DNA of 64,000 nt from Escherichia coli (GCF_016026235.1 NZ_CP065613.1), one strand, 5' to 3'; positions 1 to 9,878 are shown, counted from the first letter of the stretch. Program-made: numbers and translations. Notes: a model not told the origin generated them from the letters alone.

Positions 1-350
1 CCAGAATGTTTTAAACATGCATCTTGCGAACAACTTTAGGCAAACGGTGTTAGTGATGAACAAAAAACAATCAAAACCGACAGCACAAAAATAAAACCAC
101 TGTAATATCAATACATTACAGTAGTGGTGATGACGAATGAAATTTCAAAAACTAGCCTTTTTCCGCGCCGCTCCCGCCCCGTGGCAGGCCACCCCACCGG
201 GAGGACCCGTCAGCCTGACAGCCATGACGAACGTCTGATACAGCGCCCTGCATGAATGACATCGGGATAATCCAGAAAGGAATAGCATCGTACCCACAAG
301 AATCAGTGTAAGTGTCCTGTTTCTTCCACCCCCGCACAGGACTGGCGAGC

Positions 351-527
351 ATGAGGGACAAACCCGCGAACCATAAACGCGGTAAAAACCCGGTGTGCAT
401 CGTTTTTGATTATTCCCGCACACTCGCGCAGAAGGAGTTCCCCGTCGGGCTACGGTCATGGTTAATGCGGGAATACAGCGACGATACAGCGCATGATGTG
501 TCAGGCCTGAATACCTTTATCCGTTAA
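351..527 (+). CDS. hypothetical small protein (about 58 aa from ATG at 351)
   Basis: Open frame distal to the lysis cassette; weak RBS; no recognisable motif. Confidence 0.2.
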   Translation: MRDKPANHKRGKNPVCIVFDYSRTLAQKEFPVGLRSWLMREYSDDTAHDVSGLNTFIR

Positions 528-666
528 AAGGGATATCAGTTAAGTTATCCCGTGTAGGGTATAAGCCATTATCAAGCCCACCCGTAGATGGACTTTGTAA
601 TGGATAGCTGTTGCTCAGTTCTCGTAATGCTTTGATTTTTCCGATAACGCAGTTTTGCGTTTGCCA

Positions 667-1188
667 TCAGCACGCGATATCGAGAGTCAACTGCAGTTGC
701 TCGCGCCAGTACTCGACATTTGCTTCAATAACCGGCTTATCCCATCGCCAGCGAGCCATCTCTCTTGCCCCATTGCTGGCTTTTGATTTCCGGTCATCGC
801 GAATGCGACATGCTTGCTCATATTTCTGCTGCTCAGTCAGTTCACCGCGAAGCAGACTATCAATGTGCAGGTCGCACCATACGGAGAATTTCGGATCGCA
901 CCATCTTGCAAAGGCAACTGATAACTTTGGATGCTGCCATGTTCCGCCGCCCCTGTCCTTTCGTGCCTTGCTTGTTTTTACATACCCGGAATCACGGGTA
1001 TGTAGAATTTTCGATGGTTCACCTGAATAAACCTCATCCAGAGCTCTAACGTATTCGAGAGTTTCAGCGTTGGACAACCAGTGATCCAGACGCTTCCCGA
1101 AACGTTTTGCAATATCAGTGGCATTAATCCAGCCATCAGTATTGAAGCGGATAGGTTCGCCTTTGTAATTCAGTGGAACGATATTCAT
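667..1188 (-). CDS. KilA-N domain antirepressor-like protein
   Basis: 173-aa ORF following Rz on the late strand; N-terminal KilA-N-like segment (NYKGEPIRFNTDGWINATDIAKRFGKRLDHW). Confidence 0.6.
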   Translation of the reverse strand: MNIVPLNYKGEPIRFNTDGWINATDIAKRFGKRLDHWLSNAETLEYVRALDEVYSGEPSKILHTRDSGYVKTSKARKDRGGGTWQHPKLSVAFARWCDPKFSVWCDLHIDSLLRGELTEQQKYEQACRIRDDRKSKASNGAREMARWRWDKPVIEANVEYWREQLQLTLDIAC

Positions 1189-1390
1189 AGCGTCTTACCT
1201 TTTAGAAAGATGAGCCTGTTCGCACAGAAAAGCCGCCCCGAGATGGTCGCCACCATATACGGCAGTTCTCAGGCTCAGCTTTCTGAAAGACTCGGGATTG
1301 TTACGCGCTGCGATGCGCGGTTTACTGCGGACATATAAAAGCCCCGCAAGTGCGAGGCTCATTAAATTGACTTTGTGATTTGCAAAAAAA

Positions 1391-1828
1391 TTATTTCAGG
1401 CATTGCGTCCTGATGTATTCCTGCAGGTAGTTAACCTGCGCGGTTATCCTGTCGATTCCACTTCGGAGACGGTAATAATTGAGTTCAGCATCTGCTGTAA
1501 GTCCTGGGCTTTCTCCATAGCCCATGCTGCTGGCTCCGGTCGTTGACTTTGCACAGGTGGCGGCGACTTGCAGGCGCTTACGACCAGCAGAAACATCAGC
1601 ACGGAGACTTTCGATAGTCGCGTTAGCATCAGCAAGCTCCTTTGTGTATCTGGCGTCGAGTTCTGCTACATCACGTTGACGCTTCTGCATATCAGAGATG
1701 ATGGATGTGGCCTTATCGCGCTGCTCTTTGTAGGTAATGGCGTTATCACGGTAATGATTAACAGCCCATGACAGGCAGACGATGATGCAGATAACCAGAG
1801 CGGAGATAATCGCGGTGACTCTGCTCAT
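1391..1828 (-). CDS. Rz: Rz i-spanin (inner-membrane spanin)
   Basis: Strong resemblance to lambda Rz ([34 protein letters not shown]...); start overlaps endolysin stop; track ORF begins 5 codons upstream. Confidence 0.85.
   Translation of the reverse strand: MSRVTAIISALVICIIVCLSWAVNHYRDNAITYKEQRDKATSIISDMQKRQRDVAELDARYTKELADANATIESLRADVSAGRKRLQVAATCAKSTTGASSMGYGESPGLTADAELNYYRLRSGIDRITAQVNYLQEYIRTQCLK
1444..1635 (-). CDS. Rz1: Rz1 o-spanin lipoprotein embedded in the +1 frame of Rz
   Basis: ORF nested inside Rz; hydrophobic signal ending in lipobox-like VVSAC followed by proline-rich segment, as in lambda Rz1. Confidence 0.6.
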   Translation of the reverse strand: MLMLTRLSKVSVLMFLLVVSACKSPPPVQSQRPEPAAWAMEKAQDLQQMLNSIITVSEVESTG

Positions 1829-2358
1829 TGATCTATCCCCCAACAGGCTAATGCGCTTTCCTGGTCACGACGAATAACCTGTCCATAGCAGTTATTTGAA
1901 CGTATGCGGCAATCGCGCCCAACATCTTTTATCCACCAGCGAATCGCCTCGCATGCGCCCTTACGATCACCGGCATTCAGCCGCTTATAAAACGTCGACG
2001 GGAAACACTTACCGGGGCCAATGTTATAGGGGCAAAATGACGCTATACCCGCTTTTTGTGGTTCGGTCAGTGGTACTTTAATATTGCGCTCCACCCATGC
2101 CAGCGCCTTATCACGTTCAATGGCGTTAACCTGGTCGCATTTTTCCTTCGACAGCTTCATTCCCGGTATGACAGGCTTACCATCCACCATTGTGGCACCA
2201 CGACAGATGGTCCATATGCCAGAACCATCACGGTATGCCGTTGTGTGATTACCCTCTTTTTCGTTCAGAAACTGGTCAAGTATCTGGGGAGCAGACGCGC
2301 CTGCGGCAATCAGCGCCAGAACAGCAGCCGACAGGCCGTATTTGATTTTTGCGCTCAT
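1825..2358 (-). CDS. R: SAR-type endolysin (T4-lysozyme-like muramidase)
   Basis: N-terminal Gly/Ala-rich weakly hydrophobic SAR segment ([18 protein letters not shown]) followed by E-x8-D-x5-T catalytic spacing ([16 protein letters not shown]). Confidence 0.85.
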   Translation of the reverse strand: MSAKIKYGLSAAVLALIAAGASAPQILDQFLNEKEGNHTTAYRDGSGIWTICRGATMVDGKPVIPGMKLSKEKCDQVNAIERDKALAWVERNIKVPLTEPQKAGIASFCPYNIGPGKCFPSTFYKRLNAGDRKGACEAIRWWIKDVGRDCRIRSNNCYGQVIRRDQESALACWGIDQ

Positions 2359-2423
2359 GGATATTTATCAGGATTTATCGGCAACAAATAACGAGCCAAC
2401 TTATATACGCCTTTTAAGATAAG

Positions 2424-2984
2424 TCAGCCCCAGCTGGATCCAGTCATCAGGCTCTTTCTTAAAGGGGGAGTATTGAAATCACGAAGAAGAGCCTCCCGCA
2501 CCGCAGCATCCATGTCTGCACCACTGGCAAGTGCTTCAATCTCTGCCGCCACCTGCAAATACCCCATGCAACGGCCAATGCGTTTCATAACTCTGGTGTT
2601 TTCGTCTTTCAGGCATCTGATAGCGAGATTAATAATTTTCAGGCAGTGATGATGCGATGCCCGGACAGGTTTTCCGTTCTCATAAACGACGAACTCACCC
2701 TCTTCACAGGAAACCCTGAAAGGCCGACGGGGTTCCTGGTCTTTATCCGGTGCAGACGCAATAAAATCACTTTTATGCTCTTCCTCTCCGGCACTGTTAA
2801 CCGTAATGACGTACTCAGGCCGCAGGTAAGCCGCCTCTTTTTCTGACAATGCGGCCGGTAAAAACTTTTCCTGCAAAAACTTCATAAAAGTCTCGTGAGC
2901 GACTTTGTGGCAGTAATCGTAAATCGCCGCATAATGCTCATCGCGGCGTTTGTTTTCATCTTCAGAACTCACCAACGCCGACAA
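2424..2984 (-). CDS. hypothetical protein inserted between holin and endolysin
   Basis: 186-aa ORF (TTG or GTG start) between S and R; no recognisable domain; a 27-aa coupled ORF with good SD lies just upstream. Confidence 0.45.
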   Translation of the reverse strand: MSALVSSEDENKRRDEHYAAIYDYCHKVAHETFMKFLQEKFLPAALSEKEAAYLRPEYVITVNSAGEEEHKSDFIASAPDKDQEPRRPFRVSCEEGEFVVYENGKPVRASHHHCLKIINLAIRCLKDENTRVMKRIGRCMGYLQVAAEIEALASGADMDAAVREALLRDFNTPPLRKSLMTGSSWG

Positions 2985-3055
2985 TTTTTATTAAGCTCAG
3001 TGATTTCATTTTCCAGGTGATTGAATCGCTGATTCATTTCTTCATGCTTCATTAT

Positions 3056-3271
3056 TTACTCTCCCCGTGCAGCCTTACGCTTGTCTTCTCTTATTTTGAA
3101 ATACAGATTCGTCAGATAAGTCAGAAGCCCCAGAAGCAGACTTCCCAGCACACCAATCGCAGCCCACTGTGATGGACTGACCTGATCCAACCACTGCAAA
3201 AACCAGTAGCCGGCACTGCCGGCGGAGGTGCCGTAGGCAATGCCCGTTGAAATTTTGTCCATGGATTTCAT
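3056..3271 (-). CDS. S: pinholin (phage 21 S21-like class II holin, dual-start motif)
   Basis: 71 aa; [24 protein letters not shown]... matches the phage 21 S21 pinholin pattern incl. M1-K-S-M4 dual start; two TM segments. Confidence 0.8.
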   Translation of the reverse strand: MKSMDKISTGIAYGTSAGSAGYWFLQWLDQVSPSQWAAIGVLGSLLLGLLTYLTNLYFKIREDKRKAARGE

Positions 3272-3563
3272 AGCCTCACCTCCGCAAATAACGGATGGCG
3301 TAGTTTTACACTGAGAAATGAAAGGGATTTGAAAAGAAAAAAACGCAAAAGCGGGCGAAACGATATATACAGTAAGGAAAGCACTCTATCCAACAAACCA
3401 CCCACAGTTAATCGGAATAAAAGCAGAGTGCTTATGAATGATCGCACGCCCGAAGGTTAGTATTTCTGCACAGCAATTTTGCAAAAAAAGGCGATCATTC
3501 ATAACTTAAACGTCTTTCAGTCACTCCGGGATTTCCCATCATCGCAGACTGAAAGACTCTGAC

Positions 3564-3638
<75 letters not shown>

Positions 3639-3641
3639 ATA

Positions 3642-3717
<76 letters not shown>

Positions 3718-3719
3718 GC

Positions 3720-3796
3720 TGGCCCACCACCGAGGACTCGAACCTCGCACCGTCAACTTAGAAGGTTGATGCTCTATCCGGATGAGCTAGTGGTGG
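3720..3796 (-). tRNA. tRNA-Arg (anticodon UCU, reads AGA), phage-type
   Basis: Cloverleaf with anticodon loop CUUCUAA, T-arm CGAGGUUCGAGUCCUCG, encoded CCA; 5' base appears to be C, which is unusual. Confidence 0.7.
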
Positions 3797-3797
3797 T

Positions 3798-3874
3798 TGG
3801 TGGCCCTTGCTGGACTTGAACCAGCGACCTGGCGATTATGAGTCGCTCGCTCTGACCAACTGAGCTAAAGGGCC
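3798..3874 (-). tRNA. tRNA-Ile2-like (anticodon CAU, lysidine-type; could be scored as Met)
   Basis: GGCCCUUUAGCUCAGUUGGUCAGAGCGAGCGACUCAUAAUCGCCAGGUCGCUGGUUCAAGUCCAGCAAGGGCCACCA, close to E. coli ileX-type tRNA. Confidence 0.75.
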
Positions 3875-3961
3875 GGAGGCAGAATAATAACCATATGTCA
3901 TCACATCTGCAAACTCATCTGACCACCAGCGTGTTTAACGTCCTGTACCGTTTTTCAGGCA

Positions 3962-3990
3962 TAAAAAACCCGCCCGGAGGCGGGTTTAAG
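3962..3990 (-). terminator. intrinsic terminator between Q and the tRNA cluster (tR'-like)
   Basis: On minus strand: hairpin CCCGCC-UCCG-GGCGGG followed by UUUUUUAU. Confidence 0.5.
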
Positions 3991-4073
3991 CTGTGTGGCG
4001 AAGCAACCACTCTTAACAGAATATCCCGTTTTTTACGTACGTAAAATATTTTCTAGAAAGTCGCCCCTTACCA

Positions 4074-4490
4074 TCAGGGATGTTCAATATATTTGTCCAT
4101 TTCTAACCGGACACCCAACATCATCAACATTCCTTCCACCACCCCCTCGGCTTTTTGTAGCTTCTTTCCTATATAACCATCTGAGCATCCATGCTTCCGC
4201 GCCAGCGTCATGAATGTCATCCCAAACACGTAGTAGTCAACCAGCAAGTCATGTAGATCGTTGTTGTTCCGGTTAAGGCGGGCCATACACCCACATATAA
4301 CCATCGCGTCATCGTCACAGCATTGCGGGCGGGATTTTACTTTTGAAGGGATTAATCCCTTAAAACCGGCAGCAATGGACGACCAGGTCACATCCTCATG
4401 ATTATTAGCCACCCACGCGCCCCAGCGCTCAAGAACCTGCTGAATATCACGCATCACTGTCTTTACCCCTGTCCCATCCACGATGAACAA
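4074..4490 (-). CDS. Q: late antiterminator Q (phage 21/933W-type)
   Basis: 138 aa with Cys-rich zinc-finger-like core ([16 protein letters not shown]) and position immediately upstream of terminator and lysis genes. Confidence 0.75.
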   Translation of the reverse strand: MFIVDGTGVKTVMRDIQQVLERWGAWVANNHEDVTWSSIAAGFKGLIPSKVKSRPQCCDDDAMVICGCMARLNRNNNDLHDLLVDYYVFGMTFMTLARKHGCSDGYIGKKLQKAEGVVEGMLMMLGVRLEMDKYIEHP

Positions 4491-4650
4491 TCAGAACACC
4501 ATCAACAATGGCGTGCCCTTTGCCCTCTTTATCTTCAGCATATTTTCTTACCGTGGCGCGATTACAGTTCAGCATTCGTGAAACTTCGGTCATATTACCT
4601 CGTGTCTGGATAAGCAGTTCCGGTATCGTTTGAATTTTGACGCTCATCAA
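4447..4650 (-). CDS. ninH: NinH-like protein
   Basis: 67 aa resembling lambda NinH (…[34 protein letters not shown]…[13 protein letters not shown]). Confidence 0.8.
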   Translation of the reverse strand: MMSVKIQTIPELLIQTRGNMTEVSRMLNCNRATVRKYAEDKEGKGHAIVDGVLIVHRGWDRGKDSDA

Positions 4651-4741
4651 ATACTCTCCGGTTCGGTGATTTTTATCCCGGGCTTTCCACCAGGGACATA
4701 ATGATCGCGCACAAGCCAGGGCAAAACAAACTCATGGCGCA

Positions 4742-4999
4742 TCAGCGCAGCGCCTCCTGCACCAGTTTTTCAAACTTTCCGACTCTGGTTTCCAGCTCTG
4801 CCACACAGTCCACCAGCTCATCTACTGCTTTCTGTGCGCGATGCTTCGCCTGCATCAGTTCCCGAAGCGCGGGTACCATATCTTTACGGATAGCGTCTTT
4901 TGTTATGCCCGTTTTTTCGAGTTGTTCAGCATGACGCAGCATTTCCTGCGCGTGTTTACGCAATTGTTCAGGGGTAAAAGTCATTGTCTGGTTGTTCAA
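4742..4999 (-). CDS. hypothetical coiled-coil protein (nin-region)
   Basis: 85-aa ORF whose start overlaps the DnaB-like stop (ATGA coupling). Confidence 0.5.
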   Translation of the reverse strand: MNNQTMTFTPEQLRKHAQEMLRHAEQLEKTGITKDAIRKDMVPALRELMQAKHRAQKAVDELVDCVAELETRVGKFEKLVQEALR

Positions 5000-6387
5000 A
5001 AGAAACGCTCCATCTTACTGCTGTCAGTTCGTTTATTACTGTATCTGCGCGGATTGCCGGGCTTCATGGGAGTGGAAAGCACCCGTGCACTTTCCTGGTC
5101 CACAGGCAGAAAATGTCCGTTATAAAAACGCCGGTAAATCGTTCCCAGAGAACCGTTACGTTGTTTCGTGATATTGATTTCTGCGATGCCCCTGGCCTGC
5201 GTATCCGGGTTGTACACTTCATCCCTGTAAAGCATCAGAATGATGTCTGCATCCGCCTCTATTTCTCCGGAATTTTTCAGGTCTGAGTTCATGGGACGTT
5301 TATTGGGTCTGGACTCCACACCGCGGGAGAGCTGGCTCAGCGCAATCAACGGAAAACCACCGGATTTTGCCAGGCCTTTAAGCCCCTTTGAGATTTCACC
5401 CACGGCAAGGTCATGACGCCCCGTGGTTCGGGTTTTTATCAGCCCGAGATAATCAACCACCACCAGCGCCGTTTCCGGATATTTAATCAGGTGGTGTTTC
5501 GTTGTTGCGCATATCTCATCAATGGCCAGGTTCGCCTGGTCCACCATCCAGATATTGCGCCCGGTCATCCGCCCCACCCCTTGTGAGAAACGCGCCCAGT
5601 CTTCATCTTCAAAGTGAGCCACAGATTTCAGGCGTGATACTGGCATCCCTCCAGCCGCAGACACCATACGTTCACCAATCTGGATGTTCGCCATCTCCAT
5701 GGTGAACAGAAGCACACCATGCCCCTGCTCAGTCACCTTGTCGATGATGTCCAGCGCAAGTTCGGTTTTCCCCATCGAAGGACGGGCGGCAATGAATACC
5801 AGGTCTCCGGGCTCCATACCGCCTGTTTTTGCGTCCAGTTCATCAATACCGGTCATCAACGTCCTGGATTTCTCCAGCCCCTGATTCCGGCATTCAACAC
5901 GCTCAACCACTTCCGGAAGCACATCATCAATATGTACCGGCTGAATGACGCCCTTTCCTGTCGACAGTGTGACCATCATGTTCTGCGCATCCTTCAGGGC
6001 ATCTTCAGCTGCTTCACAGGTATGCGCATCACGTAATTTCTGCAGCGCCTCATTCAGTGTTTTTTCTGCATCGCGCAGTGCGGCATTGCGCCGCAACGCT
6101 GCAACATAGTGCTCCAGTGAAGACTTCACCCAGGTTTTACGCCCGGTATCAGTAATCACCGGGGCAAGTTCCGGCATCTCATTACACAACAGCACGGGGT
6201 CAATCACTCCTGAAACACGGGCCTGTCTGCAGATGCCCGTATAGATATCCTGATACGCTCGTACAGAAAAAACGTCCGCTGGCAGTGTGGCCAGAATATC
6301 CATCACTTCAGGATCTGCTCCGCGCAGAAAGAACGCGCCGATGACAGCGCCTTCAAGGTCATCGTTACGCCATACTGGAGTTGTCAT
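4996..6387 (-). CDS. DnaB-family replicative DNA helicase
   Basis: 463 aa; C-terminal RecA-like ATPase with Walker A (ARPSMGKT) and DnaB-type motifs; start overlaps loader stop. Confidence 0.9.
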   Translation of the reverse strand: MTTPVWRNDDLEGAVIGAFFLRGADPEVMDILATLPADVFSVRAYQDIYTGICRQARVSGVIDPVLLCNEMPELAPVITDTGRKTWVKSSLEHYVAALRRNAALRDAEKTLNEALQKLRDAHTCEAAEDALKDAQNMMVTLSTGKGVIQPVHIDDVLPEVVERVECRNQGLEKSRTLMTGIDELDAKTGGMEPGDLVFIAARPSMGKTELALDIIDKVTEQGHGVLLFTMEMANIQIGERMVSAAGGMPVSRLKSVAHFEDEDWARFSQGVGRMTGRNIWMVDQANLAIDEICATTKHHLIKYPETALVVVDYLGLIKTRTTGRHDLAVGEISKGLKGLAKSGGFPLIALSQLSRGVESRPNKRPMNSDLKNSGEIEADADIILMLYRDEVYNPDTQARGIAEINITKQRNGSLGTIYRRFYNGHFLPVDQESARVLSTPMKPGNPRRYSNKRTDSSKMERFF

Positions 6388-7271
6388 GCAGCCACACCTC
6401 TGATACGAGAACGGTAACTGGGCCAGTTAAACGACAACCAGTTGCGTCCCCCGTCTGTGATCCTGTCGGCAATTCGGGGACTGATGAACGCCCACAACTC
6501 TTCCGGTGAGAGGTTACTGATCAGAATGGTGGGCAAGATACTTTCGTACCTGGCGTTGATAATTTCCTGCAAAATAGCCATTTCAGCCGCGCTGCCAAAC
6601 TGAACGCCAACTTCGTCGATGATCAGCAAATCCATTGACGCATAACGCTCAATAACTTCATCCGCTGTTTTTTCGCTGTCATTCCGCCAGCAATTTTTCA
6701 CAGCACGGGTAAGGCGCATCACGTCGGTGATCTCCACACTGGCCAGATAGTTACGGATGATGTGTTTTGCCATTGATACCGCCAGATGATTTTTCCCGGT
6801 TCCGCAACTGCCGGTCATAACAAGACTGGTACCGTTCTCCAGCATATCTGGCCAGTTCTCCGCATAGCGGCGACAGGCCGCAAGATTCCTGGCTGCGTCA
6901 GGATTAACCTCCAGATAATTATCAAACTCGCAGTCCCGAAAACGCAGGGCAATTCCGGCGTTATCAGTCAGCTCTTCCGCCTTGATGGACGACAGCTCCA
7001 TGGTCAAATCGTTGGCCTCAGCGATTAAGCAGTCAGGGCAGCATGAAATTTTTTCTCTGTCCTCGCCATTACGATCGCTCCACACCAGTATATGCGTGTG
7101 ATATTCGCCATGTTTTTCGCAATATCCGCGACCTTCACGCATCAGGCAGGAACGATAAGGCCATGGCTTTTCGCCCTTCTGAGCAAATGCAATCTCTGCC
7201 CGTAACTCATCCATTCGCGCCTGTAGTCTTTTTTGTTGTTCACGCAGGTTAAACGTCATCATCGCTGTCAC
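6384..7271 (-). CDS. DnaC/IstB-like AAA+ helicase loader
   Basis: Walker A GSCGTGKNHLA, Walker B LLIIDEVG; N-terminal Cys/His-rich region; translationally coupled to helicase. Confidence 0.8.
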   Translation of the reverse strand: MTAMMTFNLREQQKRLQARMDELRAEIAFAQKGEKPWPYRSCLMREGRGYCEKHGEYHTHILVWSDRNGEDREKISCCPDCLIAEANDLTMELSSIKAEELTDNAGIALRFRDCEFDNYLEVNPDAARNLAACRRYAENWPDMLENGTSLVMTGSCGTGKNHLAVSMAKHIIRNYLASVEITDVMRLTRAVKNCWRNDSEKTADEVIERYASMDLLIIDEVGVQFGSAAEMAILQEIINARYESILPTILISNLSPEELWAFISPRIADRITDGGRNWLSFNWPSYRSRIRGVAA

Positions 7272-7272
7272 C

Positions 7273-8181
7273 TCAGAATGTCAGTTTGTCACTGGATTTA
7301 CCGAATTTGTCAGACATGGCTCCCAGGCCAGCCAGGACATCGACCTGTCGCTGTCGCCCACCTCCGGGAGCGGCTGGCTGTTGCCAGAAGTCTTCGAAGT
7401 GACGATCGGGTCCAAAGAACGTCGCTGCCTGCTTCACGAACTGTGTGCCGTTATTTCCTGTGGCACGTACCCAGGCAGCATACCGCTTCACGCCATCAAG
7501 CATGGTCTCCGGTTTTATTCCCTCCCTGATACGGGCTTTCCAGGCTTTGAAGGCTGCTGACTTGGAATTGCCACCAGCACGTTTGGGATATTCCTGCCAG
7601 GCCTGTTCAAATTCCGGTGAATATTCCTGTCGGGCAGAACGCGCTGGTGCAGACGCGTCAGCGGATGCGCCAATAGTGTTTTTACTCTCTGTAGTATTCT
7701 CTGAAGTAATCTCTGTTGTATTCTCTGTAAGATCGAAATTGGTTTTCCCTTCTCCGCGGCGAGGGGTTTCCCGTGTCCGCGGTGAAGGCTTTCCCTCCTC
7801 CGCGAAATTGGGTTTTACAGTTTCCCGAAAACGGGTTTCCCCATTTCGGGAAAACTGATTGTTTTCATTGATAATTTCATTAAGGCGCTCACAATCTATA
7901 CGGTAGAACATTTTGTGCTCAAGACGCTTGTTGGTTTCAACCAAAATGCCTCTGGACACAAGATGCTTACGCGCTACAGCCTGTTGTTCAAATGTAAGTC
8001 CGGTTTCGTGTTGTATCTCTTCACGCGTTTTATGTACGCCTTCCGCTGCATGTGCTTTATCCTGCCAGTAAAAAATCTGACCAAAGAAAATAACAGCGTG
8101 CGGACTTCCCATGTATTTAACGAGCCCAGGGTAATAAGCAACCGGATGCCCAAAATCGAGCAGAAGATCAGACGGACGCAT
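7273..8181 (-). CDS. O-like replication initiator (replisome organiser)
   Basis: Position upstream of loader/helicase; central region encodes aa repeats created by DNA iterons; ATG at 8181 with SD GGAGGTGG. Confidence 0.7.
   Translation of the reverse strand: MRPSDLLLDFGHPVAYYPGLVKYMGSPHAVIFFGQIFYWQDKAHAAEGVHKTREEIQHETGLTFEQQAVARKHLVSRGILVETNKRLEHKMFYRIDCERLNEIINENNQFSRNGETRFRETVKPNFAEEGKPSPRTRETPRRGEGKTNFDLTENTTEITSENTTESKNTIGASADASAPARSARQEYSPEFEQAWQEYPKRAGGNSKSAAFKAWKARIREGIKPETMLDGVKRYAAWVRATGNNGTQFVKQAATFFGPDRHFEDFWQQPAAPGGGRQRQVDVLAGLGAMSDKFGKSSDKLTF
7686..7855. repeat. phage origin-like iterons inside the O-like gene
   Basis: Four 12-bp direct repeats TCTCTGNNGTAN (7686-7730) followed by about five ~23-bp repeats of TTTCCC..TCCGCGG..GGG type (7745-7855). 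Confidence 0.6.
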
Positions 8182-8401
8182 AACCACCTCCCAGGCGTTT
8201 AAACATTTTTCCGGACTGAAACGCCACCAGCGGATAACTCAGGGTATGAGTACGTCCCTGAACCTGGCAGACAACCTTCTGGCTTTCTGTATTGACCAGG
8301 CAAACCCGCAGAACGTGACCGTTGCTGGTGGTGAACCACTGCCCCACTCGGGGGCAACGGTTGTATCGGTGATACAGGGAATTAACGACGCGGCGAATCA
8401 T
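8168..8401 (-). CDS. hypothetical small protein
   Basis: 77-aa ORF with SD GGAGG, start/stop overlaps with both neighbours. Confidence 0.4.
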   Translation of the reverse strand: MIRRVVNSLYHRYNRCPRVGQWFTTSNGHVLRVCLVNTESQKVVCQVQGRTHTLSYPLVAFQSGKMFKRLGGGYASV

Positions 8402-8760
8402 GGGCGCACCTCCCATTGATTACGACGGAAAACAGTGTGATTCAGGTTGGTTTCAGCCTCATGGAATGCTTCAATACAGCTCTCGTAGTACCGCATTGTG
8501 CGCAGACTTAACCCAAGCTGAAGCATCATCAGCCCATCAAGGGTGATGTAATAACCACGCAGGGAATCGCCATAGATGTGATAAGTGCCAGGTATGAAAT
8601 TGCGGGTAAAAAATTCGCGCGAGCAGTTCAGGTACTCGATTTTGTCGACGATATTCTGGTGCATGCGCTTGAAGTGGCAGGCAACATGCAAAGAAAAAAT
8701 AACGGCCTTGCCGTTGACGGTCTCAATTTTGAGGAATGAGTGGGTTGGGACTGTAGCCAT
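8398..8760 (-). CDS. hypothetical protein
   Basis: 120-aa ORF from ATG with SD GGAGG at 8760; track ORF extends upstream through low-complexity sequence, judged non-coding. Confidence 0.45.
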   Translation of the reverse strand: MATVPTHSFLKIETVNGKAVIFSLHVACHFKRMHQNIVDKIEYLNCSREFFTRNFIPGTYHIYGDSLRGYYITLDGLMMLQLGLSLRTMRYYESCIEAFHEAETNLNHTVFRRNQWEVRP

Positions 8761-9053
8761 GATGGCAGCCTCCGTTGACTGTGGAAAACTTCCACCACCG
8801 GAGGTGCAAATCTCGCTGGTGGCGGACTGAACAGGGTTTGCACTACCGGCGTCAACGGAGACCGGCGAGCCTTTCGGCTCCCCTGCCCAGCCCACCATAA
8901 TTCTGGCGTGCGTGAGCGCGGACGATAAAAAAGACGCTGGCGCGTCGTATATCGCCGTTGACAATTCCGGGGTGCAAATCCCGGCACCCGCTTTATAAGG
9001 TGCAGAGACAGTGTAACGTCCCGAAATTGCAGAATCAATATCTTGGAGAACAA

Positions 9054-9878
9054 TCATGCAGCACCCGCCAGTTCTTTATCGTGAGTAAATTCGCCATTCC
9101 AGTTTCTCTTCATGGGTAATGCACCTCTAAGATACTGGCGATAAATCCAGACCGCCCCTTTCTGGAGAAGAACTGGTGTGTACGAATAAAACCCTTCTTC
9201 ATAACCTGAATCGATATAGTGGTGACGTTCGGTCAGATACAGATCTCGGGCATATGCCTTTACACGCCATGCGGGGCTTCGCGATTCAGGACGCTCGTCA
9301 TAAAGCCAGTTGTGAGCCTCCAGAAATGCTGTGATGCGCTGAACATTTACTCCATTAAGTTGCTTGCAGAACTGAACCGGTGTCATGCCAGGCTGGAATA
9401 AATTTTCCAGATGTTCGATGTATTGGGCCTGACGATGAACGTAACTAATTGCTCTGTTTTTAGCCTCATATTCGTCCGCCCAGGCACGGGCAGCAGCAGC
9501 CGGATCGCTAAAATCTGGTAGGGATGCCATTGTGGTAAGACAGTAATTCCCCGTTTTACGAATTGAGGGAATTACCTCCGATGTAATCCACCGTTTAAAA
9601 CGTCTTGCCTGTTTTTTTCGACTTTTGATAATCAGCGCATAGAGCCCGGATTCATTGACCAGCAAAGGCTTACGTCCCGAACCTAAGTAATCCTTATATT
9701 CGGTTTTATCTTCATCATCGATGGACTGAAGGGAGATAGCAGTATTTGTCAGCCCCAGCGCGTTACATATATCCACGGCAAAAAACCATGGTGTTGAATC
9801 AATGACCACACTACGAACTGATGACAACAATTCACCAGTGCTTGATTTAAAATCGAAAACTTTGATATTGTTTTTCAC
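9054..9878 (-). CDS. Bro-N / KilA-C (ANT) family antirepressor
   Basis: Bro-N motif KVFDFKSSTGELLSSVRSVVIDSTPWFFAVDICNALGL; GTG start at 9878 preceded by GGAGA; C-terminal antirepressor-like domain. Confidence 0.75.
   Translation of the reverse strand: MKNNIKVFDFKSSTGELLSSVRSVVIDSTPWFFAVDICNALGLTNTAISLQSIDDEDKTEYKDYLGSGRKPLLVNESGLYALIIKSRKKQARRFKRWITSEVIPSIRKTGNYCLTTMASLPDFSDPAAAARAWADEYEAKNRAISYVHRQAQYIEHLENLFQPGMTPVQFCKQLNGVNVQRITAFLEAHNWLYDERPESRSPAWRVKAYARDLYLTERHHYIDSGYEEGFYSYTPVLLQKGAVWIYRQYLRGALPMKRNWNGEFTHDKELAGAA

Noticed and set aside
1-666. Second att copy or prophage boundary at the window start
   Set aside because: No copy of the att core sequence seen at 20566-20612 is present here; the prophage probably continues beyond the window
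8628-9053. 141-aa and 219-aa track ORFs covering the GC-rich intergenic region
   Set aside because: Low-complexity Pro/Ser/Ala/Arg-rich translations typical of non-coding GC-rich DNA; the downstream ATG with SD at 8760 is preferred
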